A stretch of 63,934 nucleotides of DNA, the filler included, from Nemertoderma westbladi (Eukaryota > Animalia > Xenacoelomorpha), in the NCBI GenBank assembly GCA_032718475.1. It is 4 parts of 4 records of this genome, joined end to end, with 100 filler letters (N's around TTAATTAATTAA, not from the genome) between each part and the next. Parts side by side here need not be neighbours in the genome. Positions count along the whole stretch, not along the records: positions 58,937 to 63,934 come from JAUCBJ010003796.1; 3 more parts are not named here. One strand, 5' to 3'. The notes under the pieces are model-generated. The model did no database searches, had not been told where the DNA came from, and saw only the letters and a program-made list of their open reading frames with translations. Below, one piece after another: positions 63,582-63,934 of the stretch; position 1 is the stretch's first letter, and the number at the start of each line of letters is the position of its first letter. The position numbers and the translations under genes are program-made.

Positions 63582-63934
63582 TTGGTGTAGTGTTCAAATT
63601 CGGAACAATTCGAATTCGATTCGGTTCAAATTGAACACCGAAGTGTTCAATTCGGTGGAACCGAAATTGAATAGCTCCAGTGGTTTTCGAGATATGAGAA
63701 GTTCTTGGCACCCATACCACCTTTCGGAATTGATAAAATTGCACAAAATACATCTCCCTTCAAAGACTTTGGTATAACCATAGGGCCCACCATGCCTTTT
63801 TTGGTTAGTCGAATTAATAATATTTAGAATAAAATCTTCATTGTTATTTTTTAATTGACACTAAAAGAACACCAAAATTATAATTACCTGGAAATTTTCA
63901 AATAGCCAAAAGTGGTAATTTTAGTATTAATAGT

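Overview
AT-rich animal (invertebrate-type) genomic scaffold with spliceosomal introns and three 100-bp artificial gap spacers (N44-TTAATTAATTAA-N44 at 17670-17769, 49380-49479, 58837-58936), so adjacency across gaps is not guaranteed. Three host genes are supportable, all on the minus strand: three spliced exons of a divergent Na+/Ca2+ exchanger (SLC8/NCX), an MsrB whose recognisable coding region has no intron, and the 5' part of ETF-beta. The rest is a dense, deeply nested transposon landscape. It holds a CsRn1-clade Ty3/Gypsy element with a clear -1 frameshift signal, a young GC-rich Mag-clade Ty3/Gypsy element with near-identical LTRs, and a Neptune-type Penelope-like element with pseudo-LTRs, hammerhead remnants and an unusual Pro/Thr-rich insert. 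It also holds many RTE LINE copies, CR1/L2-group LINEs, a 1.8-kb solo LTR, tRNA-derived SINEs, several non-autonomous DNA transposons with exact TSDs, and three tandem arrays. I see no clear-cut new multi-gene system. The best leads are the GC-rich Mag element, the Penelope element, an unclassified long-TIR transposon, and a 134-bp array whose units look like exon/intron modules. All assignments come from reading motifs by eye; no database searches were run.
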